Source: Podarcis filfolensis (taxonomy: Eukaryota). Taken from it: a stretch of 64,000 nt of DNA. Under the pieces are notes generated by a model. That model ran no database searches and was not told the DNA's origin. It saw only the letters and a list, made by a program, of their open reading frames with translations. The DNA is taken from the NCBI GenBank assembly GCA_964270895.1, contig OZ185440.1; one strand, given 5' to 3'. Shown here one piece after another: positions 25,012-37,540 of the stretch (position 1 is its first letter; the number at the start of each line of letters is the position of its first letter). A program made the position numbers and the translations under genes.

Positions 25012-26240
25012 GTACTGTGTTTTCATCTTTCCTTTTCTATTAGTCGTCCAATCCATACTTGGATCTTGTCAGGTTTTTTTAAGCCTGTAATTCAGGCTTA
25101 ACATCAAGGTATGGTTGCTTTGAAAACCATCCAACATGTAGAGTTTCTCAGTGCTGTGATAAAAGATTAGCAGCAAATGAAAAGTAATCCTTGGGTTGTG
25201 CATTCAAGGTCTCAGTATGTTGCCGTGATAAAGTTACTTTAGATTAATTTGCTCTTCAGAGAGACAGGTCAGCTTTGTTTATGCACATGTATAACACAAG
25301 AGTTTTCCTTGCTTTCTGTAGGCTAGGATAAGCAGGTACAGCAAATACACTATAACAAAATATAGTGGGCTAAATTGGCTGTCATCCCTACAAGGTAGTA
25401 AAAGCAGTGGTTGCATTAATTAATGCATCTGTTTCATTATGGGGCTTGGCAAATACCATATTAAAAAAAAAATCTTTACATAAGAGAACTGCTTCTTAGG
25501 GCTGCTGCAGAGAGATCATGCTAGGTCCCTACCAACAAATGATGTGCACATCCAAATGTTCACTATGCAAATGTTTGGTTGCCCTGTATGAAAAATGCAA
25601 CATGTGTCAAACTTACTGGCACAGATATTTAACCAAGTCCACATCTACTGCATATAAATACCTCAATCTGAAATAGGAACACATCCAGAAAAAGGTCTTT
25701 GACTGACCACTGGGGCACAATGCCTCATTTTGCTTAGCCACTTTAAAAACAAACAGACATGTAGTATCTCATGGTTTACAGTAAATTTATACTCCTGAAG
25801 AGAAGTTAAAGCAAACTCAAGTAGTTCTGATTAAGCCCAGCTTCAAATTTCTTGCATGCATGGAGTCTCATTGGAGTCAATGGGAATGCTCATGTATATT
25901 CTAAGCATAGGCATATGAACTTGGTGCCTGGCTTGCAATTTATTGATGCAAGGATTTCTCAGCTGTGGCTCAAAACTAAATGTTGCATGAATGAGCATGC
26001 AGTGGTAATTGATGGATCAAGATATAAAATTATAGACATTTTTAAAACTGAACTGTTATTGTTAGAAATAGCTTTTTGTAAAGACATAAAAGTATAGCTG
26101 AGAAGGAAACTGTCATTTTCTAAGTCATAAAGTGGCTGTATTTATTGTTGAAGAATGTGTTCTCATGTCAAAGATATATTGAATTGTTTTCGCTTTATCA
26201 TGTTATAATAACTAATAGAACAATTCTCTGCGTGTCTATT

Positions 26241-26325
26241 CAGAAGTAAGTCCCACTGAGTTCAATGGGACTTACTCCAACTGAATTCAGTGGGACTTAC
26301 TCCCAGGTAAGTATATATAGACTTG
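26241..26325. repeat. Short palindromic interspersed repeat (GTAAGTCCCA...TGGGACTTAC) with a partial tandem duplication; related decayed copies near 7670, 25860, 36040 and 62790
   Basis: GTAAGTCCCACTGAGTTCAATGGGACTTAC is self-complementary, and the second half is repeated immediately after it. Confidence 0.6.
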
Positions 26326-26909
26326 AAGCCTAATGCAATAGTCAGAGTTTCTAAACTAATGGATTGAAGCCAATTAAACTGATGTTGTCACAAACTAACT
26401 TGACCTAAAACCAGCTAATTTTTGTTACCCACTATCCAGAATAGTGACAAGAACATTTTGCTTTCCAGTATTTTCTCAATTTTAAAACAGTGAGAATTGG
26501 CAATGAATTGAACCTTGATTTGGTGCAATGTTGAAACAGATCATCATTAATAAATCTCTGCCTGTCTAGTTACGTAGATCATCAGGAGCTGCTGTGTGGG
26601 ATTTCTGTAATCCTGCAAAGTAGGTATTGGCATAAGGGCTGAGAACGTAACCTTCTGCAATGCCCTGTAAGAATTAGGCAGCTGAGTTGACCCTGCCCTG
26701 TAGAGTGTTGCTTTTGACAGGCAAGTGGCTCATTAATTTGTGACACTAAAATTCCTAAGGTGATTTGTTCTCTTATAGATGTATGGACACATGACGTCCA
26801 TCTAGGGCCATTATCCTTCTTCCAAGATAATTTGGCAGAAAGATTGATGTCTGTATCCTTGGCCATTTTGAAAATGTTGTACCTCTCAATTTGCTGGTGC
26901 AATGACAAT

Positions 26910-27009
26910 CTTCACCAATCTGGTGCCCTCTAGCTGTTTTGGACTACAACTCCCATCACCTTTGGTAATAGTTCAAAACATCTAGGGGGCACCAGGTTGT
27001 TCAAGGCTG
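26910..27009. mobile_element. Internally deleted copy of the same hAT MITE family
   Basis: TGGTGCCCTCTAGCTGTTTTGGACTACAACTCCCATCA...AAAACATCTAGGGGGCACCAGG. Confidence 0.55.
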
Positions 27010-27381
27010 CACAAGAAAATGGCTATGGCTGAAGAGAGTATTAGCATGGGCATATATCCAGGTGTACATTTTAATATGTAATTTATATGCAAACCTTGCT
27101 GTTTCAAATGATATATTTAGATATACCCCCAAAAAAGTTCTTCTCATTACTAAAGTGACGTATGAATTGAAATGGCTTTGTAATGTTTTTTGTTTGTGTT
27201 ATGTGAGGTAATGTTGAAGCATCCACAGTCTGTTGTGTGCTATACGTGGTAGGGGTGGGGAGGAGGATGCTCTGCATTTCCTTCTAAGGAAAACAATTCA
27301 TTTAAATTTGGGCATGCAGTTAGAATGCATCTCTCTGTTCATAATCCAGTTTACTAACCTCTGTTCTAACCTGTTCGCCAG

Positions 27382-27501
27382 CTGGTGGTGCAAAGCAGCC
27401 TATCTGGGATGTAAAAGCTTCACCTAACAGTAACTGGGCAAACATCACCTGGAACCACACATTTGATCCTGAAACTGAGTTTGTGGTTGAGTATATCAAC
27501 A
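27382..27501 (+). CDS. NFASC: NFASC exon, first half of FNIII domain 5 (NF186-type)
   Basis: Acceptor CTGTTCGCCAG and donor GTAAGC at 27502. It reads (A)[39 protein letters not shown], matching the neurofascin WANITW...FVVEYI motif. 120 nt, phase 1-1. Confidence 0.93.
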
Positions 27502-29331
27502 GTAAGCATTGGGAGCTCGAGAATTCTGCAGGGTCCTTAATGTCACCAGAGATTCTGTCATCTCTCAGAGGTTTAATGGACCTTTCATGCAATGTTCATT
27601 ATAGTGTAACTAATTGTACTGCTTAATTTGTGCATGGAGGATTATTTTTTTTTTGGGGGGGGGGGAGACCAAAGGCATGGCATTTAACTTGTCCTTCAGA
27701 TTATATTGACACTGTGTTTTATGTTGCTGTTCTCTTAAACACAATAACTGCCGACTCCTTTCAGTGGAGGATTCAGAATAACACATCCTAAAAAGGACCT
27801 GCTTTTTAAAAAACACTACCCTAAGTGAATCTGTGATGGCTGTAAGTGCCGTAGAAAGAAGCAGAAATAGATACAAAAATCTATAGATCCCCTCTATAGC
27901 AAATAATTTGGGGGTTAATAGTAATGATCACGTTTTGTTTTAGTTGGAGATTTATAATTAGTTATCTACATAAATTTTGTTTTCAAGCCATTCATACCTC
28001 ACTGTACTTCCTGCTGGCATGCTACCTGCAGTTTTTAAGTAGTTATGTACTGGTCAAAGAATTAAACATTGACTGTCAACCTTATAGCTTTGGGGGCAAG
28101 TTATATGTGCCCTAGACATGCTTTCCTTGGTTTTAGTTTGCTGGGCCAAGTCCTGTTCTAGGATTTGGTTCCATAAAATTATCAATACAGTATTGTGTTT
28201 AGATTTTTAAATTAAGTAATCAAGAACTGACCCTTTAGGAATTTGCATCTAGCATGATTAAATAGTAAGCAGTCAATGTAACACCCATTGTGTGGAGGAT
28301 TCCTCTGTATTCCACTCAGCTGGCTGCTGCATTGTCACAGAGTGGGAAAGGGAATCTTCTTTTCTTTGGGAAGCTTCTCATGCTTCCAGTTTTGTAGTAC
28401 TTTGATAAATTAGGTTTGTCAAAGCCAGCTGCTTGGATTTTCTTTAAAGGACTCCCGTGATTTCAATTCTCAGGCCTGGTGCTCTCATTAACCTAGCCAT
28501 TGCTAGCAAAAGTATGTTTGTAGATTCATACACGTCTGTAACATTGCCGATTAGGGACTTCCATGCCTAATGATTTGCTAAGGTTAAGTTAACACAGCAT
28601 CCAAGCACTTCCAAAACTCCTGAAGTATTGGAATACTTGCAATTTCATAGGGTACCTACATTGGAGTTTGCAAACAAGGTTCTTTTTATTCACTTTATGT
28701 TTGAATGCTTTTAGCAGTGTACCTTTAATATAATTTAACGTTGTGATTTGTGTGCATGCTCTTAATAAGGGTTTAGAAGTGACTTTTGCAAAATGTGTTG
28801 AGGTTAATTCAGAAAAGGCAATTCTAGTGCATCAGAAGCATGCTGCCAGAGAAAGAGTTGCTGTTGTTACTGATTCGGCACATCTGGCACTTGCGAGTTG
28901 CAAAAAGCCTATGCCAGTCGCTTTCTGTTCCAAGTAAGAATTTCCCAGAGATGGCTGTACAAAGTCTTCCCTTTTTTCTGCCCCCCCCCCCACTTCTAGT
29001 TTTATGCAAAATCGCTGAACCAGTAATGTGATAAGCTTCCATCTGGTTGCTGGCTGCCTTACGATGCCAAAGCAGGTGCTCCGTTAGATTAAATGGTGTC
29101 TGGAAAATATAATTCTCCTACATACAAGTGGAGTGAGCTTCTGTAAACGAGCCCTTCAACTTTGAACTGATGGTGCCAGAAACTCTGGGTGTTCACTCTG
29201 TGTTAGTCAGTGGTGTCATCGGCAGGGACATGTGTCGAGTCAGTAGCTGGACCTGGCATTAGGGATGTTTGCCTACAGAGTAATCTGCATTTCCTGCTAG
29301 CTGCCTTTGATATGAAGTTTCTGTTTCTCAG

Positions 29332-29472
29332 GTAACAAAACAGTGAAATCTTCCCCTGCTAAAGGCTTTCTGGAGCTGGTTGACCTGACTCCTGGGGAGA
29401 AGTACATAGTGCGGGTTTTTCTCAAAGGGAATGATACTATCAGCTCGAACGTAACCTTTCAGACAAGTCCAG
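29332..29472 (+). CDS. NFASC: NFASC exon, second half of FNIII domain 5
   Basis: Acceptor TTTCTGTTTCTCAG and donor GTGAGA at 29473. It reads (S)NKTVKSSPAKGFLELVDLTPGEKYIVRVFLKGNDTISSNVTFQTSP, with the FNIII L..L.PG..Y.VRV signature. 141 nt, phase 1-1. Confidence 0.92.
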
Positions 29473-32400
29473 GTGAGATGGGGTTCAGCCCCACAATGTG
29501 CTGCATTTTGGAGGCACATTCCATTCCAAGCCTTACTGCCTTTGCGTGCTGCTGCTTCAGAGGGAGGAATTATGCCATGCATGGAGAAAATGTCATCCAT
29601 CTCTTCACTGACGATGTGCACTCTGCCCTTATTATACAAGTACCAAAGTGAAATGTATCCTCTCTTAATGAGGTTCTTTAGACTGTGTTCTGCTAAAACA
29701 AACAAAGGAAAAAAATATTGGCATAACTTTTCTTTTAATGAAACAAGCTTGGTTTTGGAAGATATCTATAAAAAGGGCAGAGACCCATGGTTTTCCATCT
29801 AGACTTAATAATAAACACTATTGTTAAGGAATATGCTATAGGCTACGTGTTGCTGTCTGCGCATTCATGTTTCCCTTTGTGTGCGTGTGCACTGCTCATT
29901 ATCATGCTGCCAGCTGTTGCATGAGCACATGTGAATTTCTGATTGGCTTTATGTCTGGGTATTCATGAAAAAGATTTTAGATATTATAATGTGGTGGATT
30001 TGTCTGCAAGACATCCACAGAGCTATGTGGCATACTCATAATTTCAAATGAAGTCACAATCTGAGAATTGTAGCAATGTACCTTTACAGAATATTGCCTT
30101 ATATCCTATTTGTGTGTCTCAAAAGTGCCTTGTATAGGTTGCTTCTATCTTGCCCCTCTGTTTTATGAAGAATTCAAATGAACATCATTAGGTCAATGTA
30201 TTCCAGTAACTTTTTTCTGTTTCCCAAGGGTTTTTTCAGTTGGGGGAGTGGCAATTGCATTGCCAGCCAGTCTAATGTAGACAATTTCTATTGACACCTT
30301 TCAGGGCTACTTCATCTTTACCCGAAGCTTCCTGTTTTCTATTTCACTATTTTTAAAAATGAAAGGAAGCTTACAGATGAGGAAATAAAGGGGCAATTCA
30401 CTAATCCTTCAGCACCACTGAATATGAAGCAATAAAATGGCTACAACCCCAAGCAGGAAGCTTTTAATTATCATTGAAAAGAGCCTTTGCTGAACAGGAC
30501 TTGCCTGTGAATAAACATAATGGATATTGACCATGGTAAAAGACATTCCTGGATGGTATAACACAATATTAAATACTGTGTGGAACCTCCTTTTAGATCT
30601 ATTTCCAGTACTGCCTGGTAGTGCTATAGGGCTGCAGCATGGAACCAGTCAGACTTTAGTAGATATTAGTTTATGCAGTCACATTTCTGACCTCTGCTTT
30701 CAGAATTTTAGGTAGCTGTCAAACAATCAGCTTCAGTCATAGTGAAGCTTAATCAAACATAATCATATCCCAGGTTTCCTCCTGTGTCCATAATAAAAGC
30801 TCCTTTTGTCAATGCAGGTAATTAGAAAAGTAGTTTCCATGTGAGAAATAGCTGAAATGTATGCTGAGTGGAAAGAATCGGAAGGTCATTCTGTAGAAAG
30901 CTTTAAGCAATGTGTCAAAAGCTGTAAGCAAAATGTCCACATAATTTAAGCAAGGTTTCTCTTTTAACTCTAAAATGATAAAGTTTATGGTGGCATATAG
31001 ACAAATGGTGGAAAGAAATTGCTAACCTAGTCTGAACATGTGTGAAAACAAATGAAAAATGCCATATTTTTAAATCCACCACGGGTAACTAACCAGTGGC
31101 CCACAGTTCATATACATCCCCCAAGCAATTTCTGCCTGCCCGCCCCAGCCCCTCAACAACTTGGTTGTTCTGTCAGAAACAAAAAAGTTAAACACTGCTG
31201 ACCTTCACAATTGCCCTGGTGTGAGTGGAGAGGTTCTCATCCTGCTTCCCAGGTGTTCAGCCAGATGCTACTGGAAAGCTCACAAGCAGGACATGAAGGT
31301 AATAGCCTTCTCCAACTGTTGATCTCCAGAAACTGGTACACTGAGGCATGGTGCCCCTGGATATGCAGATTCTGTATAGCCATCATGAGGACTAGTAGCT
31401 TTTACATAAATGCTTGAGCAACAGTTCCTTTGCTGCATTTGTAAATATTTACTCAGATGGCATACAGTTTTAGCAGTCCAGCAACTGGAGGAGCACATCC
31501 TTCCTGCTAATGGACTGAACCAGAGAGAACCATCTATTTGATCTTGGGGAACTTTATTTTTTCTGCAATCCAGTATCAGTTTGTACATAGTTACGTATGT
31601 GTGTAGAGAGTGAGATCATCTTCTGTGTTGCAGATCAAATGCCTCCCAGCTGAGGATGGATATGTTGAAAATGTAACCCTAACGTAGTTCATTAGTGGTG
31701 CTATCTCACTGAAATTTGGTGGTGTTTTTCCCAGGAAACTGGATGTTGAGAGCGGTGCTTCAGATGAAGCCTGATTTACACATAATGTGTTGTGGTTTAC
31801 AAATAAGAATCCAAAATGCAACATATATTGGGCTAAATATTTTAGTTTATTTTGGCTTGGCAAACCTCCTAGCTACATCAACCAAAAAAAATACATGGGA
31901 ATAACACAGTTCTTGCTCCTTGCCGTAATTGGGTAAATTGGATCAGTGCTGATAGATTTGCTTTTTGTTGTATGTTTGTGTGTGTTCCATATGCATTTTG
32001 TGAATTAAAAGAGTACTTTTTCTGTATCTCAAGATACAGTAATGGAAGATTTCCAAGATCTATGCTTTTTTCCTCTGATGCATCCCAGGTGACTGCCAAA
32101 GCTACACTATTTTAGTGACCTCCCTTGCTTTCTTTTAGTGCCTCTTGTATTTTCATTCCTTTTCTCTTCCAGGCTGGCTGCTTCTGATGTGATAGATCAG
32201 AGCTTACTATCACGTTCCATCATTAATACCTGTGAGACAAAAGCGCTGTCCTTTTTCTTTAGGTTATTTTGAAAGTCACTCTTCTGGAGACAGCAGCTTA
32301 TTTTTCTAAGTAGAAATTGCACTAGCCAAGTAGCCCCACAGCTGCAGTTTTACTACATTATTTCTTTTGCTCAGTTTTGGTTAATTAGAACAATACTTTG

Positions 32401-32899
32401 CCGTGCAGTGAGTGATATTTAATGTTACACAAATATACCTGGATGGAAAAATAATATTAACCTCCACTGCCCTGTTAAAAATACAGTAAGTATACATGGA
32501 AAATGTCATAAGGGTGTGGCGCTGTCTTGACAACCTATTATATGCAAAATGCAATTCATCACTGATGTTGCTCTACAGGTGGGGCCCAGAAGGAGGCCAG
32601 CAAGGCCAATCCATAAAAATTGCAGCCAACTGCAAAGTAGGTGTGGATTCCTGTTATCTGCCAAGGACTTTGGGGCCTAAGTCACATTCACCTGACACCA
32701 CCTTGAGTACAATGAAGTTACATTCAATATTGGGAATGTACATTTAGGCCTGTCTTCTATTTTTTTGACACTCAAGCAGGAACACAGGGGTTGCTTTAAA
32801 GCCTTTGCAAAGCTCCCCATGCTCACCCTAACATCTGGAATTAGGGGTTTAAATGGGGAGTAGATGGAGAGTTGCAAAACTGCCGGAGGGATTTTTACA

Positions 32900-33030
32900 G
32901 GTGCATGACCGCACCCACCTGCCAATCATGTGACATCATATTTATGTCATTTAATTGGCAGATGGTATCACCCACCTGTCAAATTTGGCCCGCGAGACTG
33001 GTCCCGATAAGGATCTGGCCCACTGAGCTA
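32900..33030. mobile_element. Probable hAT-type MITE remnant with an internal hairpin
   Basis: CACCTGCCAAT...TGACAT...ATGTCA...ATTGGCAGATG is inverted, followed by CAAATTTGGCCCGCGAG...GGATCTGGCCC, a hAT-like subterminal motif. Confidence 0.45.
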
Positions 33031-34080
33031 AAGAAAGATTCCCTGCTCTGTCCTATGGCATCCTCTTTTGGTCTCTGTCACACTTCCCCCTAAAAACATG
33101 GGAAGATGATTATTCCTCCTGTACATAGCCAAAGCAAGGCTACATCAAGTTTAGAAACTGTTGCCTCATGCCAATGGCTATAAGAGATCAGGTGAAAGCA
33201 TTTTGGCTTTGCAAAACGGGATCAGGCTGTTTGCAAATGAAATGTAAGTTTAAGGAGGACAGAACAACTACATTTGATGTGTGCCGTTGTATCATTTTGA
33301 CATTGCCTATTTGATTTGGACAGGGTTCTGTGAATATGTTGGAGGATTTTTTTATCATTATTGTATCAAAAGTATACTTGTATATTATACTTTCCCCCCT
33401 TTCATTCTGTATATCGTGCGATCTGATATGTGCCTTTCCTATCTTCCTTCAATTCTATTGAAAGCTTTTATATGTTAGCATCGTTAATTGAATCACCATT
33501 TGTTCCAAAAGCCTCCAGTATAATTCTATTCCCTCTTTGTCAACCTTGTAGTTTCATTTAGCCTAATGCAATTCTGAAGTCCATGCAATTAGTGTCTTGC
33601 TCCTTCCATTAGAATAGCTTCAAAGTGGACTTTTTCGCACAGTAGTGCTTTTAACAGGAAAAGGAATGCATGGTAAATCAGCTGCCAGTAGTGAACAGGG
33701 AGAATGTCAAAGCACAAAGGCCAATGGGGCACCTGGCACTTTTGAGTCAATTAAAATTGCTCATACCTTTTGAAAAAACATAATGATGTAGTGGTAGATT
33801 CCTCAAATGATATGAACATAACAGGAAATCAGTATTTGCCCCTGAGAATAGGCCTTTCAAACATTTTGAGTTTGGGTTTCCTGTTAAAACTTGTCCAACA
33901 ATAGCTTTTGCTTTAGAGGCTCAAAAGCTCACATGAAGGTTAAAAGTACTAGGGAATGTTCTGGAAGTTTTGCACAGGACGGTCAAAGGTTCGGCCTTGG
34001 AACATGACAGTTAAGAGAAAAACCCAGAAACTTTAAGCAGGAGTCTACAGTACACTTCTAATGATGGGCTAAGAGGTTGG

Positions 34081-34288
34081 TAAAGGTAAAGGTAAAGGCA
34101 CCCCTGACCATTAGGTCCAGTCGTGACCGACTCTGGGGTTGCGGCACTCATCTCGCTCTATAGGCCATGGGAGTTGGCGTTTGTCCACAGACAGCTTCCG
34201 GGTCATGTGGCCAGCATGACTAAGCCGCTTCTGGAGAACCAGAGCAGCACACAGAAACGCCGTTTACCTTTCTGCCGAAGCGGTACCT
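34081..34288 (-). mobile_element. Sauria SINE, 5'-truncated (lacks the tRNA head), with a 9-bp TSD
   Basis: TAAAGGTAAAGGTAAAGGCACCCCTGACC... stops at GCGGTACCT. AGAGGTTGG lies on both sides (34072-34080 and 34289-34297). Confidence 0.88.
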
Positions 34289-36902
34289 AGAGGTTGGGAG
34301 GGAAGTAAAAACATTGTGTGTAAGTCAAGCTAGAAAGTAGTGTAATTAAAAAGCTGCGGTGAGAGACACTTGAAGAAATGGAGGTAAAAAGCAAAAAAGC
34401 CCTTAAGATTTTCTAAGGGAGCTGGAACACTGGCGATTGCTCAGATAGCACATCATGACAGACGAAAGATGCTGGAAGATGACTACAGAGGACCTAGAGG
34501 CTGCACTGAGGGAGGCAAATTGAGAAGTACTGACTTTGTTAGAGAGAGTAGTTGGACGTGTTTGTTTTCGTTTCAGAGGATGAAAGGGCCAAGGTGGGGC
34601 AGCTTAGACCTTCCATTTTCCATGGATTCCAAGGACAGCCAGCTACCACTTCTGGGTGTCTGCCTTGTTCCTTTCCACTTCAATGCCGTTGCTCTGGATC
34701 TCAAGGCTAGCTGGCACTTCTGGGCGCCTTCCTCACCCCTGTGTTGCTCTTGATGCTAAACGGTGGTGGAAACAGCAGTGAATTTTGAGGCTGGCCAGGG
34801 AGGAAGAAGGTAGCTAGCACAGGGCTAGCTGGCTTGGGGATCTGGATCCTAGGGGCAAGGTCCCTGAGGCTGGCAAGCAGAGGAGTCAGTGGAGGGGGGC
34901 AGTGCAAGGCTGCAGTCTGCTCTGCCTGCCCTTCTATGACTTGCCTGGACTTCCCATCCACTGCCTCTCATCATAATTTTTTTTGCAGTGCTCCCTATCT
35001 GTGGCCAAGCAAACTACAGCATGACAACACTTTTACCTACTTATATGTAAGAAAGATGGCTCTGGGGCCTAAATGTTCATGGGCCCTGGTATCGTGTGAG
35101 TTTGGGCCTCTGCCCCAAAGATCCTGACGCCAAATGCACATTTTTTATAATCCATTCCCAGCTTTGAAGACAACCTGATTTTAGGGTGGCTGGGGAACCA
35201 AAATAACTTATATTCACTTATTTGGGTGGAATTAAAAGAGAGGGTGTCCTCTAATACATTTGCATGTCCTCCTGTGATCAAACTTTTGTTGTAAGTAAGT
35301 ATTGCGGAATTGAGCACTTAATGTGAGAAGATCCAGAGAGAGTCTGAGAAAGGTCTGTTGGCTACGAATATAGAGTGTATCTTCATTATACTGTTGGCAG
35401 AGCTTCAACTCTGCGTGGCTGTGATAATCTTCCATTAGTGCTATTCAGGATATTTTTAATTTATTGTCAATAACTTGAAAGCTGCTTATACATGTTACTT
35501 CCTACTGGCGTTCTGATAAAGCCATTAGGTTATGGTTTAATAGCACAATTCCAGTTTGATTCACAAGGAGGAAAAATTACCATTGATTTTAAAGTCATGA
35601 AGCCAACCATTAAACCCTTTCACAGTTTCTCTGAGTGAATCATTCCTATAATGAAGTGTGCATACAGTCTTGATGAGCTCTGCTTTTTTGCGAAGTTTGA
35701 AATGCACAAGTTTTTACGTTAGGTACTCTCAAATGTCTATGTTTTAGTGATCCAGGATGAACTTGGCCCAAGAAAATAAAGTGCTATATAAGCTAGGAAT
35801 TGACTTAATTGAATTGCTGCTCATTTAAGACTGACTCTGTTTCACTTGTCATATGTCACTAATAACACTTACTTAAAATCCAACAGAGTACTGGGTTGTG
35901 TGCAATATTATAATAATTAGGTCAGTTAGATGTGTATGTTTTCCTTTTTCGCAAAATAATTTACCGGTAGAAGAAATATGCTACCATCATAGTTGGTAAG
36001 TCACATAAGCTTCAAGCTTTGGGTGGTATTTAACTAAGTCTTACTCAGAGTAAACTCATTGAAATTAATGAGCATGACTTAGGGCTCATTCCATTATTTC
36101 TTCCATTTGTCCCATGCTTTCTAATCAGGGCTCTGAGAGGGGTTGTTGTTTTTTTGTTTGTTTTGTTTGTTTGTTTTTAGTTCTGCCACTTTCCCTGGGA
36201 AAACTTTTGTGATGTTTTGCAAAAACACATCATGCTATAAACCATTACTTAATGCATTGTACACAAGCTGGAACAAGCCTGGGCAGGCCTCAGTCTCTCA
36301 TGTTCTCTGTGGTTTTCAGGACATTGAATAATGTGTTAGGAAGCCTTTTGTACTTGTTTGTTCTAGCTATGTACCAGATAAATATGAATCCTTGGTTGCT
36401 CCTTGAAGAACTTTGCATCCTCTTTTGAGGTACCACCTACAATATTTTCCATTACCATGAATCAAATCTGTTACCCAGCTTCTTCTGCCCCCCCCCCATT
36501 TTATATAACACTCCTTTGTTAGGCAATACCATATATTTATTTCTCTGCGCAAGTCTGCTGTACCCACCTGTGTTATCCTTTGCCTTCACTGCTACCCTTG
36601 GATTTGAATTGTCACTGTTAGAACTTGGGCTGTGATGCGTTTGGAAAAATAGAAAGGTCTCAAATCTGAAAAATCCCCACACAGAGAGAAAGATAATGAC
36701 CTGGTTTGTACATGTTAAACCATAGTTAAAATCAATTGCTTTATGTGAATGAGCAGTGTGCTGGAGCATACTGCTCAAAAGTCCCTATTGCACTCTTCCC
36801 CCTGCTCCTTCCTTTGGTGTGTCAAGGAGGAAACAAGCCAGAGGCTGCCTTTGTCTTCTATGTGAACCAGTGCTTATGGTTTGTTTCCCCCAAAGAAACC
36901 AT

Positions 36903-37532
36903 GGCTGCAGTCACATGACAGTTTATTCCATTTTCTCAGTATCTCCCTAACTGATCATTTCCAGTGTGGTGTAGTGGTTAAGAGCGGTAGACTCCTAATC
37001 TGGGGAACCGGGTTCGCGTCTCCGCTCCTCCACATGCAGCTGCTGGGTGACCTTGGGCTAGTCACACTTCTTTGAAGTCTCTCAGCCCCACTCACCTCAC
37101 AGAGTGTTTGTTGTGGGGGAGGAAGGGAAAGGAGAATATTAGCCGCTTTGAGACTCCTTAAAGGGAGTGAAAGGGAGTGAAAAGCGGGATATCAAATCCA
37201 AACTACTCCTCCTCCTCCTCCTCCTCTTCTTCTTCTTCTTCTTCTTCTTCTTCTTCTTCTTCTTCTTCTTCTATTTGAGCTTTCACGTTACATAAAAGCC
37301 ACTTCCACAAATATGTCAGAATATGGCACAACTTTAGCACTCATTTCTATGTTGTTTGTTTACAAAAAAAAAATCCATTTGCAAATAACATGAAAATAAG
37401 CACTAAACTTGCACTATGTTCTAGTGTATTTCTGGAAGTAGCTTTTATGTGGTGTAAAAGCTCAAATGTGATGTGGAAATAAACAGTTAGGAAAACAGGG
37501 AAACAGAATAAACTGCAATGTGAATGCAGCCC
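36903..37532. mobile_element. Palindromic MITE-like DNA element interrupted by the SINE at 36961-37272
   Basis: The ends GGCTGCAGTCACA and TGTGAATGCAGCC are inverted. The segments 37273-37360 and 37380-37467 are imperfect reverse complements, and 36903-36960 pairs with about 37474-37532. Confidence 0.65.
36961..37272 (+). mobile_element. tRNA-derived CORE/MIR-like SINE (Squam3-like) with a (CCT)n/(TTC)n tail
   Basis: It has a tRNA-like head (CCAGTGTGGTGTAGTGGTTAAGAGC...GGGTTCG), a GTGACCTTGGGCTAGTCAC core, an L2-like end GCCGCTTTGAGACTCC and a simple-repeat tail. Confidence 0.85.
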
Positions 37533-37540
37533 ATGAGCAG

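Noticed and set aside
30408-30428. TTCAGCACCAC, the left half of a REST/RE1 site
   Set aside because: The right half (GGACAG) is absent at canonical spacing.
36961-37030. tRNA-like sequences here and at 14910-14970
   Set aside because: They are SINE heads followed by SINE bodies, with no complete cloverleaf, so they are not tRNA genes.
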